Below are positions 49,500 through 58,686 of a stretch of DNA of 64,000 bases, piece by piece (position 1 is the first letter of the stretch; the number at the start of each line of letters is the position of its first letter). Origin of the DNA: Gammaproteobacteria bacterium (GTDB lineage Bacteria > Pseudomonadota > Gammaproteobacteria > Ga0077536); assembly GCA_963662545.2 (NCBI GenBank), contig CAXXLL010000003.1, positions 32,001 to 96,000 on the forward strand, written 5' to 3'. Below the pieces are notes generated by a model. The model searched no databases and was not told where the DNA came from. It was given only the letters and a program-made list of their open reading frames with translations. Made by a program: the position numbers and the translations under genes.

Positions 49500-50270
49500 T
49501 CAAGCAGGCGTATTTGGGGATTTCCGCCGTTTTTGGCTTTGGTTGAGACGATAGCTCTCGCCGTTCATTTCCAGGATATGGACAGGGTGGGTCAGGCGGT
49601 CCAGCAAAGCCCCGGTCAGACGTTCCGAGCCGAATATCTCCGTCCACTCATCGAACGGCAAGTTGGAGGTCACCATGATCGAGCCCCGCTCGTAGCGCTG
49701 GCTGAAGACTTCGAACAGCAGCTCGGCGCCGGTCTTCGAGAGCGGCACGAAGCCGAGTTCGTCGATGATCAGAAGGTGATACTTTGCCAGTTGCTTCTGC
49801 AGGCGCAACAGGCGTTTTTCATCCCTGGCCTCCATCAGTTCATGAACCAGGGCGGCGGCCGTGATGAAGCCGACGGAGAGCCCCTTTTGGCAGGCCGCCA
49901 GACCGAGACCGAGGGCGATATGGGTCTTGCCGGTTCCGCTGTTGCCGAGCGCGATGATATTCTCACGACGCTCTACGTATTCGCATCGCGCCAACTCCAG
50001 AACCAGCATCTTGTTGAGCGAGGCGATGGCCTTGAAGTCGAAGCTGTCGAGGCTTTTGACGGCGGGGAACCTAGCCTGTCTGCTCCGCCGCTCGACCATG
50101 CGGCGCTCACGGTCGATCAGTTCCAACTCGGTCAGACGGACAAGATACCGCACAGGGTCGGCGCCCTCGGTGGCGCATTGGCGGGCCAGCTTGTCGTATT
50201 CGCGCAGGAACGTCGGCAGTTTCAGGGTCTTGAGGTGATGGGCCAGCAACACTTGCGGCGTATCGGTCAT
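49500..50270 (-). CDS. istB: IS21 helper ATPase
   Basis: GNSGTGKTH Walker A, LLIIDELGF, TSNLPF, ALLDRL. Confidence 0.95.
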   Translation of the reverse strand: MTDTPQVLLAHHLKTLKLPTFLREYDKLARQCATEGADPVRYLVRLTELELIDRERRMVERRSRQARFPAVKSLDSFDFKAIASLNKMLVLELARCEYVERRENIIALGNSGTGKTHIALGLGLAACQKGLSVGFITAAALVHELMEARDEKRLLRLQKQLAKYHLLIIDELGFVPLSKTGAELLFEVFSQRYERGSIMVTSNLPFDEWTEIFGSERLTGALLDRLTHPVHILEMNGESYRLNQSQKRRKSPNTPA

Positions 50271-51766
50271 GACGCGCCTCCACCCAACAAGCTCATATAA
50301 CTGGCGGCGGCCGTGGTCGCCACGTTGGCCCGAGGCAGGTAGGGATAGATATCCAGGTCGAGTTTGGGCGGGCGTCGCTCGATACGGCACAGCACAAGGT
50401 GTTTGACGGCGTCGTAGCCGATCGCGCCCAGGCGCAGGGCGTCCTTCACCGCGCCGTGAAGCACCTCGAGATCGAAGGTCTCCAGAAGCCGAAGGACCTG
50501 GACGTATTCCCGCTTGCCGGCCTTGCCCATGCGCGCCTCCAGGAGACGGCGCAGGGTTGGGAAGGCATCAGGCAGTTCCCATCCGGCTAGCGGCGCGGCC
50601 TGATCCAGGGCACCGATCTTGTGCTCCAGCAAAGGCAGGTAGTGGATCGGATCGAAGACCCTATCTTCCCGGTCGTAGGAACGGGGGTGTCGGGCAATGA
50701 TCCCGGCGCCGCAACCGATAACCACCTCGTGGACATAGCCACGGATCCAGACTTCCTGATGGCCGTAGGCGACGGGCACGGAATAGTCATTCGTCCGGTA
50801 GCGCACCAGGGACAGCGAGTTGACCCGCGTGCCCTGCTTGTCGCACGCGTCGAACGGTGCCGGCAGTGGCCTCTTCAACGCTTCGCGGTCACGCACAAAC
50901 CGTTCGCCGATGCTCTCGCGGTGGCCGCGCAGGACGTCGTCTTGCCGTTTGCGGCATTGTTCCTCCAGGTAAGCGTTGAAGGCGTCCCAGCTCGCGAACC
51001 GGGGAAGCGGCGTCATGAAGTTCCGTCGGGCGTAGCCAACCACCCCCTCAACATTGCCTTTGTCGTTGCCCTTGCCGGGACGGCCGTAACGGTCCTCGAA
51101 GAGGTAATGGGACTGCAGTCCGCTGAACGCTCGCGTTCGTTGTCGCGTGCCATCCGGCAAGATGCGCGACACCAGGCACTTGTCGTTGTCGTAGAGAATC
51201 GATCGGGGAACACCGCCGAAGAAGGCGAAGGTTCTGTTGTGCCCGTCCAGCCAGGCCTCCGTCGTCGCTGACGGGTAGGCCGCAACGAAGCAGGCATCGC
51301 TGTGGGGAAGTGTCATGACGAAAAAATGCGCCCGATACTTGACGCCGGCGATGATCGCATCCGCCTCGCCAAAGTCCGCTTGAGCATGGCCCGGAGGATG
51401 TGACAACGGCACAAACATCTCACGCCGACGAAGGCGCCGTTCCCGAACGTAATCCTTCACGATGGTCTCTTTGCCCGTGAAGCCATGTTCGTCGCGAAGG
51501 CGCTCGAATATACGCTTCGCCGTGTGGTGCTGCTTACGGTGAACCGTTCGGTCCTCCTCCAGAATACGGTCGATGATATCCGTGAAGGGGGCCCGTTTCG
51601 GGCGTTTCGGTGGCTGGCGTCGCCGATATCCCGGCGGTTCCGAATGCCGCAGCATCTTCCTCACCGTCTCGCGCGCAATGCCAAACCGACTTGCCGCCTC
51701 TCGCTGGCTCAGACCATCAACATGGCAGGCCAGCCGAACGCGCAGATATAGGTCCACGGTGTACAT
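50267..51766 (-). CDS. istA: IS21 transposase
   Basis: AQADFG, ILYDN, KGNVEG DDE motifs; stop overlaps the istB start. Confidence 0.95.
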   Translation of the reverse strand: MYTVDLYLRVRLACHVDGLSQREAASRFGIARETVRKMLRHSEPPGYRRRQPPKRPKRAPFTDIIDRILEEDRTVHRKQHHTAKRIFERLRDEHGFTGKETIVKDYVRERRLRRREMFVPLSHPPGHAQADFGEADAIIAGVKYRAHFFVMTLPHSDACFVAAYPSATTEAWLDGHNRTFAFFGGVPRSILYDNDKCLVSRILPDGTRQRTRAFSGLQSHYLFEDRYGRPGKGNDKGNVEGVVGYARRNFMTPLPRFASWDAFNAYLEEQCRKRQDDVLRGHRESIGERFVRDREALKRPLPAPFDACDKQGTRVNSLSLVRYRTNDYSVPVAYGHQEVWIRGYVHEVVIGCGAGIIARHPRSYDREDRVFDPIHYLPLLEHKIGALDQAAPLAGWELPDAFPTLRRLLEARMGKAGKREYVQVLRLLETFDLEVLHGAVKDALRLGAIGYDAVKHLVLCRIERRPPKLDLDIYPYLPRANVATTAAASYMSLLGGGAS

Positions 51767-51933
51767 CCTCCCGCCTTCCATCTCAAAAAAGATCGAAGGC
51801 TACAGGTGGCAGAGTTTTACTCCGCCCGCGGCTGGGAAATCCCGCCGCTTCCGTGGACTAATTTGTCACCGCCGTTCTCACGTATGTAGCATAGGCAATC
51901 AACTGACCTTGACTAGAGATCGAAAAGGCGCCC

Positions 51934-52683
51934 TCAACCCAATGGATCTATCCGACTTAATTCAAGTAACTCACGTATCAAGGGTTGCGCATTGTTTCGC
52001 GACGGAACCTCCGTCTCAATGCGATACAAATAACCCGGCAGCTCATCGCACACGATGAAGGAATAGCTCTTGTTCGCAAAGCGTTCGAATAATTCGCGTT
52101 TGGGATCGTTGAGATACGGCTGAAAGCTGATCTCGAAGCCCTGCCACTCGCGGCCGTCAAATGTAAATGTCTTCGGCGTCACCGTCGCGGATTGCGCCAG
52201 GGCGAACTTGATGCGCCGCTGGAAATAGCGCCAGCGTTCGCGCGAACCTCCATCGGGATCGGTCAGCCTGTTCATTTCGTAGACATCGCCCTGCAGATAC
52301 ACCTTTATCACCGGGTTTACGGTCGCGCTGTCGACGGGTGATACGGGGAAATTGCGTTCGCCAGTCAAAAACTCGACCGACGCGACCTTGGTTCCATCGT
52401 CGTTAATTTTCTGGATTACGAATCGGACTCGATCGGAAAACCCGGTTTCGAGCGAACCTGCCTTTTCAAAGTGGTAAGTCAACTCCATCGCATGCGATAC
52501 CGATTTCAACTGATCGGTGAGCCACAATCGAGTCTCGGCCTCGGAAAACTCGATGCCATCGGCTGCCTCGGGTTCCTGGGCGGTGACGTTCGACCACACT
52601 ACTGTGATCGTGATAACGGACAGGCACAAGCTTGCAATAGCTTGGTGAAACCACCGATATTTCGCCAATCGACTAATCATCAT
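51934..52683 (-). CDS. hypothetical exported protein downstream of xoxJ
   Basis: signal-peptide-like N-terminus; overlaps the xoxJ stop; no recognised motif. Confidence 0.65.
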   Translation of the reverse strand: MMISRLAKYRWFHQAIASLCLSVITITVVWSNVTAQEPEAADGIEFSEAETRLWLTDQLKSVSHAMELTYHFEKAGSLETGFSDRVRFVIQKINDDGTKVASVEFLTGERNFPVSPVDSATVNPVIKVYLQGDVYEMNRLTDPDGGSRERWRYFQRRIKFALAQSATVTPKTFTFDGREWQGFEISFQPYLNDPKRELFERFANKSYSFIVCDELPGYLYRIETEVPSRNNAQPLIRELLELSRIDPLG

Positions 52684-53557
52684 CTGCGATCTCCCGAATG
52701 ATCAGTTCGCGCATCGGCACGCCGTACTCCGCCAGGATTTGATCGATCTCCGCCTGATTCTCCGCGATCAATCGATTGATCTGGGCCTTCCATTCATCCT
52801 CGCCAAACCGCACTGCCATCGAGATCTGATAATTAAACCGCAAGCCGGGTTCATTGTTCATTGGAATGACCCGAATTTCGTGATCCTGAATTTCTTTGGC
52901 GTAATAGCCCGCGATTGGCCCCCAGATGAAGGTCAGGTTTATTTTGTCCTGGACGAGATCGCGCTCGATGATCTTGCCCGGGGTTTCCCGGGCGTCTCCC
53001 GTCATCGTCTGATAGGGCGTCCCATACTCCATCAAGTCGACCTGGAATATCCAGTCGGTCGTCGGCCCGCGGTCCCAGATCCCGATGCGGAGTTTTTCTT
53101 TCTGCTCGACCGTCAGCTCTTTCAGATCGTCCTGCGATTCGATGAAGTCTAGCCCCCGGCCCTTGACGTAGACCATGGCCCACGACGAATGCAGATAGGG
53201 GCGGGTCGTCGCCGCCATGTCGAAGTTCTCGATGGTCCCCATCACGAGATCACATTTATAGCTTCCATCAGATGTATCGTTATTACGCAGCGTGTTCCTG
53301 ATGAATCCGATCCGCTGTGGAAACCATTCGTACTCAAGCGGCAGGCTCAGTTTGCGCGCAAACAATTCCGCGATCTTGTTCTCGTAACCGAGCCCTTGCT
53401 TGTTCGACATCGGCAGATTGGAAGGATCGGCACACACGCGAAGCGCCGTACGCTCAGTCACCGGATCTGCTGAAACTGGCGCGCCCAATACGACGCCGAA
53501 GAGCACCAGCGCCAATCGGATATATCGCGCGGATCGGACCTTGAGGAGAGAATTCAT
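52673..53557 (-). CDS. xoxJ: XoxJ/MxaJ-like periplasmic binding protein
   Basis: LRVCADPSNLPMSN, GYENKIAEL, GFIRNTL, CDLVMG, WGPIAGY, ILAEYGVP. Confidence 0.88.
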   Translation of the reverse strand: MNSLLKVRSARYIRLALVLFGVVLGAPVSADPVTERTALRVCADPSNLPMSNKQGLGYENKIAELFARKLSLPLEYEWFPQRIGFIRNTLRNNDTSDGSYKCDLVMGTIENFDMAATTRPYLHSSWAMVYVKGRGLDFIESQDDLKELTVEQKEKLRIGIWDRGPTTDWIFQVDLMEYGTPYQTMTGDARETPGKIIERDLVQDKINLTFIWGPIAGYYAKEIQDHEIRVIPMNNEPGLRFNYQISMAVRFGEDEWKAQINRLIAENQAEIDQILAEYGVPMRELIIREIADDD

Positions 53558-53616
53558 TGGCAAGGCATGATCTAAGAAAAGGAGAAGAGAATCATGCAAT
53601 AGGTGGCTTGCTTTAT

Positions 53617-54069
53617 CTACTTGGCCTTGTTTTCAAGCGCCTTTTTCATCTTCTTGATCGCGCGGTTGACCATATTTCTCGCAATCTTGATGTTCGCGAG
53701 GTTCTCTTCGATCTGCGCTATATTGGCCGGTGGATCCGCGTCGCCGACGACGATCGCGCCGACCATGCCCGTGCTTATATGCGGAGTGCATTTGTAGATG
53801 TAAGCGCCTTCCTTTTCGACGGTGATGCTAAACCCCTCCTCGCCCATCTTCGAATTCCAGCCCTCGGCGCCTTCGGGGATCATGCCTTCCAGCGCTGCCG
53901 TATCGTGCCCGATCATATTCATGAATCTGACCGTATCACCGGGTTGCGCAAAGGTAACCAGAGGCCTCCACTGGGTGATAACGCCTTTGACGATATGCTC
54001 CTCCGCCGATACCCATGAGCTCACCAGCGCTCCCGCCATGCAAAGGATGACCTGGAATATTCTTTTCAT
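53617..54069 (-). CDS. pseudoazurin-like type 1 blue copper protein
   Basis: signal peptide, PGDTVRF, GHD, YKCTPHISTGMVGAIVVG (His, Cys, His, Met ligands), C-terminal helical tail. Confidence 0.88.
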   Translation of the reverse strand: MKRIFQVILCMAGALVSSWVSAEEHIVKGVITQWRPLVTFAQPGDTVRFMNMIGHDTAALEGMIPEGAEGWNSKMGEEGFSITVEKEGAYIYKCTPHISTGMVGAIVVGDADPPANIAQIEENLANIKIARNMVNRAIKKMKKALENKAK

Positions 54070-54247
54070 TCTATTGAACTCCGTTGAACTTACGCTGCCG
54101 TCGCCTTGGCGGCCGTTCCGCACCGGTTTCGGACTTTCACAATAGGCTATCGGCAACACCATGAACGCGGGCTGAATTACGCGGCGCACCTTTATACCAG
54201 AGCGAAACCGATAGTCAATGAAATGGCTGAACCTCGGACCAATAAAT

Positions 54248-54282
54248 AAAAAACCCGGCACTTCGGACGAAGTGCCGGGTTT
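54248..54282 (-). terminator. rho-independent terminator / stem-loop after xoxF
   Basis: aaacccggcacttc-ggac-gaagtgccgggttt hairpin with a T-run on the minus strand. Confidence 0.8.
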
Positions 54283-54341
54283 AAGCTCATAAAGTCAGTT
54301 TAAGACTGATCTTGTTAATTTATCGCTATCAACGATGCTGC

Positions 54342-56204
54342 TTACGGCAGGCTGAAAACAGTCAACACGCCGCCTAAGCGGGTGAAGCTGTTCAAACCCT
54401 TGTAGGCACCGACCGCACCGAGGCCGTCGGTGTCGTTGATGAGGCCTGCGGCCATGCCGATACCGGCCCAACCGCCAACGCCCGACAGCACGCCGACATA
54501 TTGCTTGCCGCCGTGACCCCAGGTATTGGTGTTGGCGATGATCCCGGAAGGCGTCTTGAACTTCCAGAGCAGCTTGCCGCTCTTGGCGTCAATGGCCTTC
54601 AGGTAACCGCCTAGCGTGCCATAGAACACGACGTCACCGGCCGTCGCCAGCGCACCGCTCCAAACGGAGAAGCGCTCCGGAATCGACCAGACGATCTTGC
54701 CCTTGTCCGCATCCCAGGCAATGAAGTTACCCAGGTTGTTATTGTCGGCGCTGTTGCCGAATTCCGGACCAGGCGAGACACGGCCGGCCGGGAACATGCT
54801 GAGCACAGCGTTCACGTACGGCTGACCCGCCACATACTCACCACCGCTTACCGGCTCGTAATTCATGCAGACGTGGTTCGTCGGCACGTAAAACAGGCCT
54901 GTGCGCGGGCTGTAAGCCGCGGGCTGCTGGTCCTTGGTACCGAGTGCGGCCGGGCAGATGTTGGTGGTATTGACGTCTTCACCCTGAAAGTGGGTGCTGT
55001 ATTTGGCGACCACCTGGGGACGGCCCGTCTTCATGTCGACATGCGTGGCCCAGTTGACCGCGGGATCGTATTTCTCGGCAACGAGAAGCGCGCCGTTGGT
55101 ACGGTCCAGCGTATAGCCGAAGCCGTTGCGGTCGAAATGGACGAGGGCTTTGGTGTCTTTGCCCTTGACCTTCATGTCGACGAGGATCATCTCGTTGATG
55201 CCGTCGTAGTCCCACTCATCGTGGGGCGTCATCTGATAGACCCAGTGGGCCATCCCGGTATCGACGTCACGCGAGATAATGGCCATGGTCCACTTGTTGT
55301 CGCCGGGGCGAACAACCGGGTTCCAGGTCGACGGGTTGCCGGTACCGTAGTAGAACGCGTTGCGCTCTTTGTCGTACGGCCACCAACCCCACACCGAGCC
55401 ACCGCCGATCTTCCACTGATCGCCCTTCCAGGTCTTCAGCGAAGAATCCGCGCCGACGGGCTGACCCAGCGAAGTGGTCTTCTCAGGATCGAACAGCATG
55501 TCCGAATCAGGACCCATGCTGTAGGCGCGCCAGACGCGCTTGCCGTCACTCAGGTTATACGCATTGACCCAGCAGCGCACGCCAAACTCGGCACCGGACA
55601 TCCCCGTGATGACTTTGTCCTTCATCACATGCGGGGCATTGGTGTTGGTTTGACCCAGCTTGGGATCACCGTTCTTGATCGACCAGACGACTTTGCCGTC
55701 CTTCGCGTTCAACGCGACCAGCGTGGTGTCGGCCTGCTGCAGAATGATCTTGCCTTCACCGTAGCCTACTCCGCGGTTGACCACGTCACAGCACATGACC
55801 GGGACGGTCTCGTCGTAGTCTTGAACGGGTACGTACTCCCAGACGATCTCGAGGTTGTCGAGATTGATGGCGAACACGTTGTTGGGAAACGCTGCAACGA
55901 TATACAGCGTGTCATGCGACAGACCCGTTTCTGACCCCGGCAGGACGAGTGGTCCACCTTCGTGCCCACGCAGGACACCGGTGGAAAACGTCCACGCCGC
56001 CTGGAGCTTGTGCGCGTTCTGGTTGTTGATTTGCTTCAACTCCGAATAACGCCAGTTCCAGTAGTTACCACCGGGAAATACCCAGTAGTTGGGGTCTTGC
56101 ATTAGCTTCTCAAGTCCTGCGTTGGCGGACACCTGTGCGGTGCCCACGAACGCCACAAGAGAGGCTGCCGCGATGAGCCATCGCTTAAACGATGTTTTCC
56201 TCAT
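54342..56204 (-). CDS. xoxF: lanthanide-dependent PQQ methanol dehydrogenase
   Basis: signal peptide, RGHEGGPL, vicinal [25 protein letters not shown] (extra Ln-binding Asp), strong RBS ggaggagg. Confidence 0.95.
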   Translation of the reverse strand: MRKTSFKRWLIAAASLVAFVGTAQVSANAGLEKLMQDPNYWVFPGGNYWNWRYSELKQINNQNAHKLQAAWTFSTGVLRGHEGGPLVLPGSETGLSHDTLYIVAAFPNNVFAINLDNLEIVWEYVPVQDYDETVPVMCCDVVNRGVGYGEGKIILQQADTTLVALNAKDGKVVWSIKNGDPKLGQTNTNAPHVMKDKVITGMSGAEFGVRCWVNAYNLSDGKRVWRAYSMGPDSDMLFDPEKTTSLGQPVGADSSLKTWKGDQWKIGGGSVWGWWPYDKERNAFYYGTGNPSTWNPVVRPGDNKWTMAIISRDVDTGMAHWVYQMTPHDEWDYDGINEMILVDMKVKGKDTKALVHFDRNGFGYTLDRTNGALLVAEKYDPAVNWATHVDMKTGRPQVVAKYSTHFQGEDVNTTNICPAALGTKDQQPAAYSPRTGLFYVPTNHVCMNYEPVSGGEYVAGQPYVNAVLSMFPAGRVSPGPEFGNSADNNNLGNFIAWDADKGKIVWSIPERFSVWSGALATAGDVVFYGTLGGYLKAIDAKSGKLLWKFKTPSGIIANTNTWGHGGKQYVGVLSGVGGWAGIGMAAGLINDTDGLGAVGAYKGLNSFTRLGGVLTVFSLP

Positions 56205-56666
56205 GACCTCCTCCTTCACACTTACTTTAAATAACAATCACGTGATTGATCTCTTTGTTGTTTTAACTCCGAGCCGGCCCGAGATCGAGAAGCCGAAACA
56301 GAGCGTTGGAAATCGGTTACAGACGCGTCGACGGAAAATAGACGGTACAGAGCGGGATACCCGGCGGGGCCGGGCCAATGGCAACGCGGAACCGCGGGCG
56401 TTCCGCCGGGCGAAGACAACTTTACGGACAATGGTGTACCACCCCTCCGGTCGCTGATTTTACCGACCTGAACATTCGCACAGGTCGTTGGGCATGCTTT
56501 ATCGGTTCTTATTACGACTATTCAGATGCCCCGGACACGACTGAGATCTAAATCCGTGTGTCTCGGTGCTGGCGATCTCCCGTGCACACCATCATAGGAG
56601 ACGCTTCGTTATTTCATCTCGTGCGCCTAGCGGCAACGCCACAGGGCGGGGGAGTCAGCTCGATTA

Positions 56667-56682
56667 TAGGGAAATTTTCCTA
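56667..56682. promoter_or_regulatory. candidate response-regulator binding palindrome upstream of xoxF
   Basis: tagggaaattttccta, 7 of 8 positions symmetric. Confidence 0.4.
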
Positions 56683-56751
56683 AGCGGCAACCGATTTCGC
56701 CGCCATACGGACCCGTATTCCCACGTTCCGTTTGCGGGAATTTCGGGCCGA

Positions 56752-57144
56752 CTATTCTGGTTCGCCTGCCGTTTTCACAACGGCGTTCGCCTTTTTCCGA
56801 TTCATGCCGATGAAGCATCGTTTCTTGGCGTCGGCCCGTGCTTTGTCAAGCTCACTAACGACCACCTCGGCCCGCTCGCTGTCACGGAAAATCCCGCCCT
56901 TCTCGCCCGGCATACGCCGGTAGATTTCGAAAGTACGCGCCTCGCTGAAATCCTCGAAATCCATCTGCTGTGCGATAATGTCGATCTCACACGAGCAGGC
57001 GTAAAGATTATCGACCGTCTGGCCGCCATGGGTCTTCATGCAGGTCAAAACATGGTCTACGCGTTCGAGCGTGGGGTAGTCGTTGGCCGATGCTGCGAAT
57101 GGAAGAGCGGCAATTAGTAGGATGAGTCCCAGGGTATTTCGCAT
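56752..57144 (-). CDS. small exported four-Cys protein of a type seen near PQQ-dehydrogenase genes
   Basis: signal peptide, NDYPT...C-M...CSC-ID...C pattern; upstream of xoxF on the same strand. Confidence 0.65.
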   Translation of the reverse strand: MRNTLGLILLIAALPFAASANDYPTLERVDHVLTCMKTHGGQTVDNLYACSCEIDIIAQQMDFEDFSEARTFEIYRRMPGEKGGIFRDSERAEVVVSELDKARADAKKRCFIGMNRKKANAVVKTAGEPE

Positions 57145-57322
57145 GTATATCCTCCAGTGCGTCGTCGAATATTACCAATTTATTGCGAATGCCTCGTTTC
57201 CTGACCGACTTGCGACGGATGGCCTTCCGATCAGGACAATACCTTATTGCACCGTCGCGCCGGTTGTTTCAGGCGGCCCAATCAGGCTTGAGCCCCGGTC
57301 CTGATAGCGGGTACGATTTCGC

Positions 57323-58681
57323 ATGTCTTTGACCGCGATCGCTTTCCTGGGGGCCTACGGGCTCGGACTCCTGTCTTCGTTCGTGGTTCATCCCCGCTGG
57401 GGACTGATCACCTACATCGCCGTATTTTACCTGCATCCACCGCTGCGTTGGTGGGGCGTTGGTCTGCCGGACATGCGTTGGTCGCTGCTGGCTGCCGTCG
57501 TGACGCTGATCTCACTGCCGCAGGCGAAGCTTCCCCCACAGGCGACACCATTCGCTTCTATTGCGCTCGCAAAGCTCCTGATGATTTACGTCGCGTGGAT
57601 GTGGATACAGACGGCATGGGCCAGTCCGCGCCACCTCGAAGGGGTGATTCTCTTTACTAAATATCTGGTTTTGTTCTACTTGATCTACCGCCTGATCATC
57701 GATGAAAAGACCCTGCTCCTGTTCGCCGTGGCACACGTGCTTGGATGTTTTTATTTCGGACTTCTCGCGCTCGACGCGCGGGGCGTCGGGCGGCTCGAGT
57801 ACATCGGCGGGCCCGGTGCAAATGATTCAAATACGCTGGGTATGCATGTGTCCACGGGCCTGTTCTTCGCAGGTACGCTGATACTGACGCAGCGGGGATG
57901 GATCCGCTGGACCGTTCTGCTGATGGTTCCGGTACTCGCCAACTGCATCGTCCAGGCCGAAAGCCGGGGCGCTTTCCTGGGCGCGGCTTTCGGAGGCCTC
58001 GCCTTCTTCTATCTGGCGCCAAAGCTCTACCGGAAATACATCTTCACGCTGGGCATCATCTCCATCTTCATCCTCCTGGCATACGCCCCTGCCGTATACT
58101 GGGATCGTATGGGCACCCTGAGTGCGGTCCAGTCGGACGAGGTCGAAATCGACCGTAGTTCGCAGTCGCGCATCGCACTCGCCGCCGCGCAGTTTGATAT
58201 GTTCACGGACTACCCATTCGGGCTCGGCTTCGATACCACTACCCAGCTCAGCCGCGGCTACCTCGAGACAGAGTGGCTGACAGCGGCGTTTCGTCAGGAC
58301 GTAGCGTCACAAGGTGGACGCTCCTCGCACAACACGCTGCTCAGTGTGCTGGTGGACCAGGGATTCCCGGGGATCATCATCGCGTTGGCGATAATACTCG
58401 TGGTGTTATCGCTGGTTCGAAGGTTCAAAAAGCTCGACGATCAGGGCCTTTCGCAAGAACTCGGTCTTTATCGAGCGGCTATCGGAGCAACGCTCGCGGC
58501 CGTTCTCACATCCGGAATGTTCACCAATTACCTGAAGGCCGAAATACAGCTTTGGAGCCTTGCGCTGCTGGTGGCGGCTTACGAACTCGGAAAGCTGAGA
58601 TGCGCCGAAAGGAAGGCGCAGGCCCGAATGGCGCGAGAGGATCCTGCCCCACAAGTCGGCTATTTGGCGCCGTCAAGGTAA
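57323..58681 (+). CDS. O-antigen ligase family membrane protein
   Basis: multiple TM helices, SRGAFLG, P-GLG, SHNTLLSVL-D-G. Confidence 0.8.
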   Translation: MSLTAIAFLGAYGLGLLSSFVVHPRWGLITYIAVFYLHPPLRWWGVGLPDMRWSLLAAVVTLISLPQAKLPPQATPFASIALAKLLMIYVAWMWIQTAWASPRHLEGVILFTKYLVLFYLIYRLIIDEKTLLLFAVAHVLGCFYFGLLALDARGVGRLEYIGGPGANDSNTLGMHVSTGLFFAGTLILTQRGWIRWTVLLMVPVLANCIVQAESRGAFLGAAFGGLAFFYLAPKLYRKYIFTLGIISIFILLAYAPAVYWDRMGTLSAVQSDEVEIDRSSQSRIALAAAQFDMFTDYPFGLGFDTTTQLSRGYLETEWLTAAFRQDVASQGGRSSHNTLLSVLVDQGFPGIIIALAIILVVLSLVRRFKKLDDQGLSQELGLYRAAIGATLAAVLTSGMFTNYLKAEIQLWSLALLVAAYELGKLRCAERKAQARMAREDPAPQVGYLAPSR

Positions 58682-58686
58682 ACCCC

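Larger units (their letters stand above)
49298..51880 (-). mobile_element. IS21 family insertion sequence
   Basis: TG...CA ends with IRs tgtcaacggcggagcaaaattagtccac / tgagaacggcggtgacaaattagtccac; internal repeated motif; istA-istB pair; no target duplication seen. Confidence 0.92.

Noticed and set aside
56425-56442. Sigma-54 promoter upstream of xoxF (tggtacaccattgtcc on the minus strand)
   Set aside because: It lacks the GC at -12 required by the GG-N10-GC consensus.
56752-57144. Cys-containing protein as the missing XoxG cytochrome
   Set aside because: It has no CXXCH heme-binding motif.
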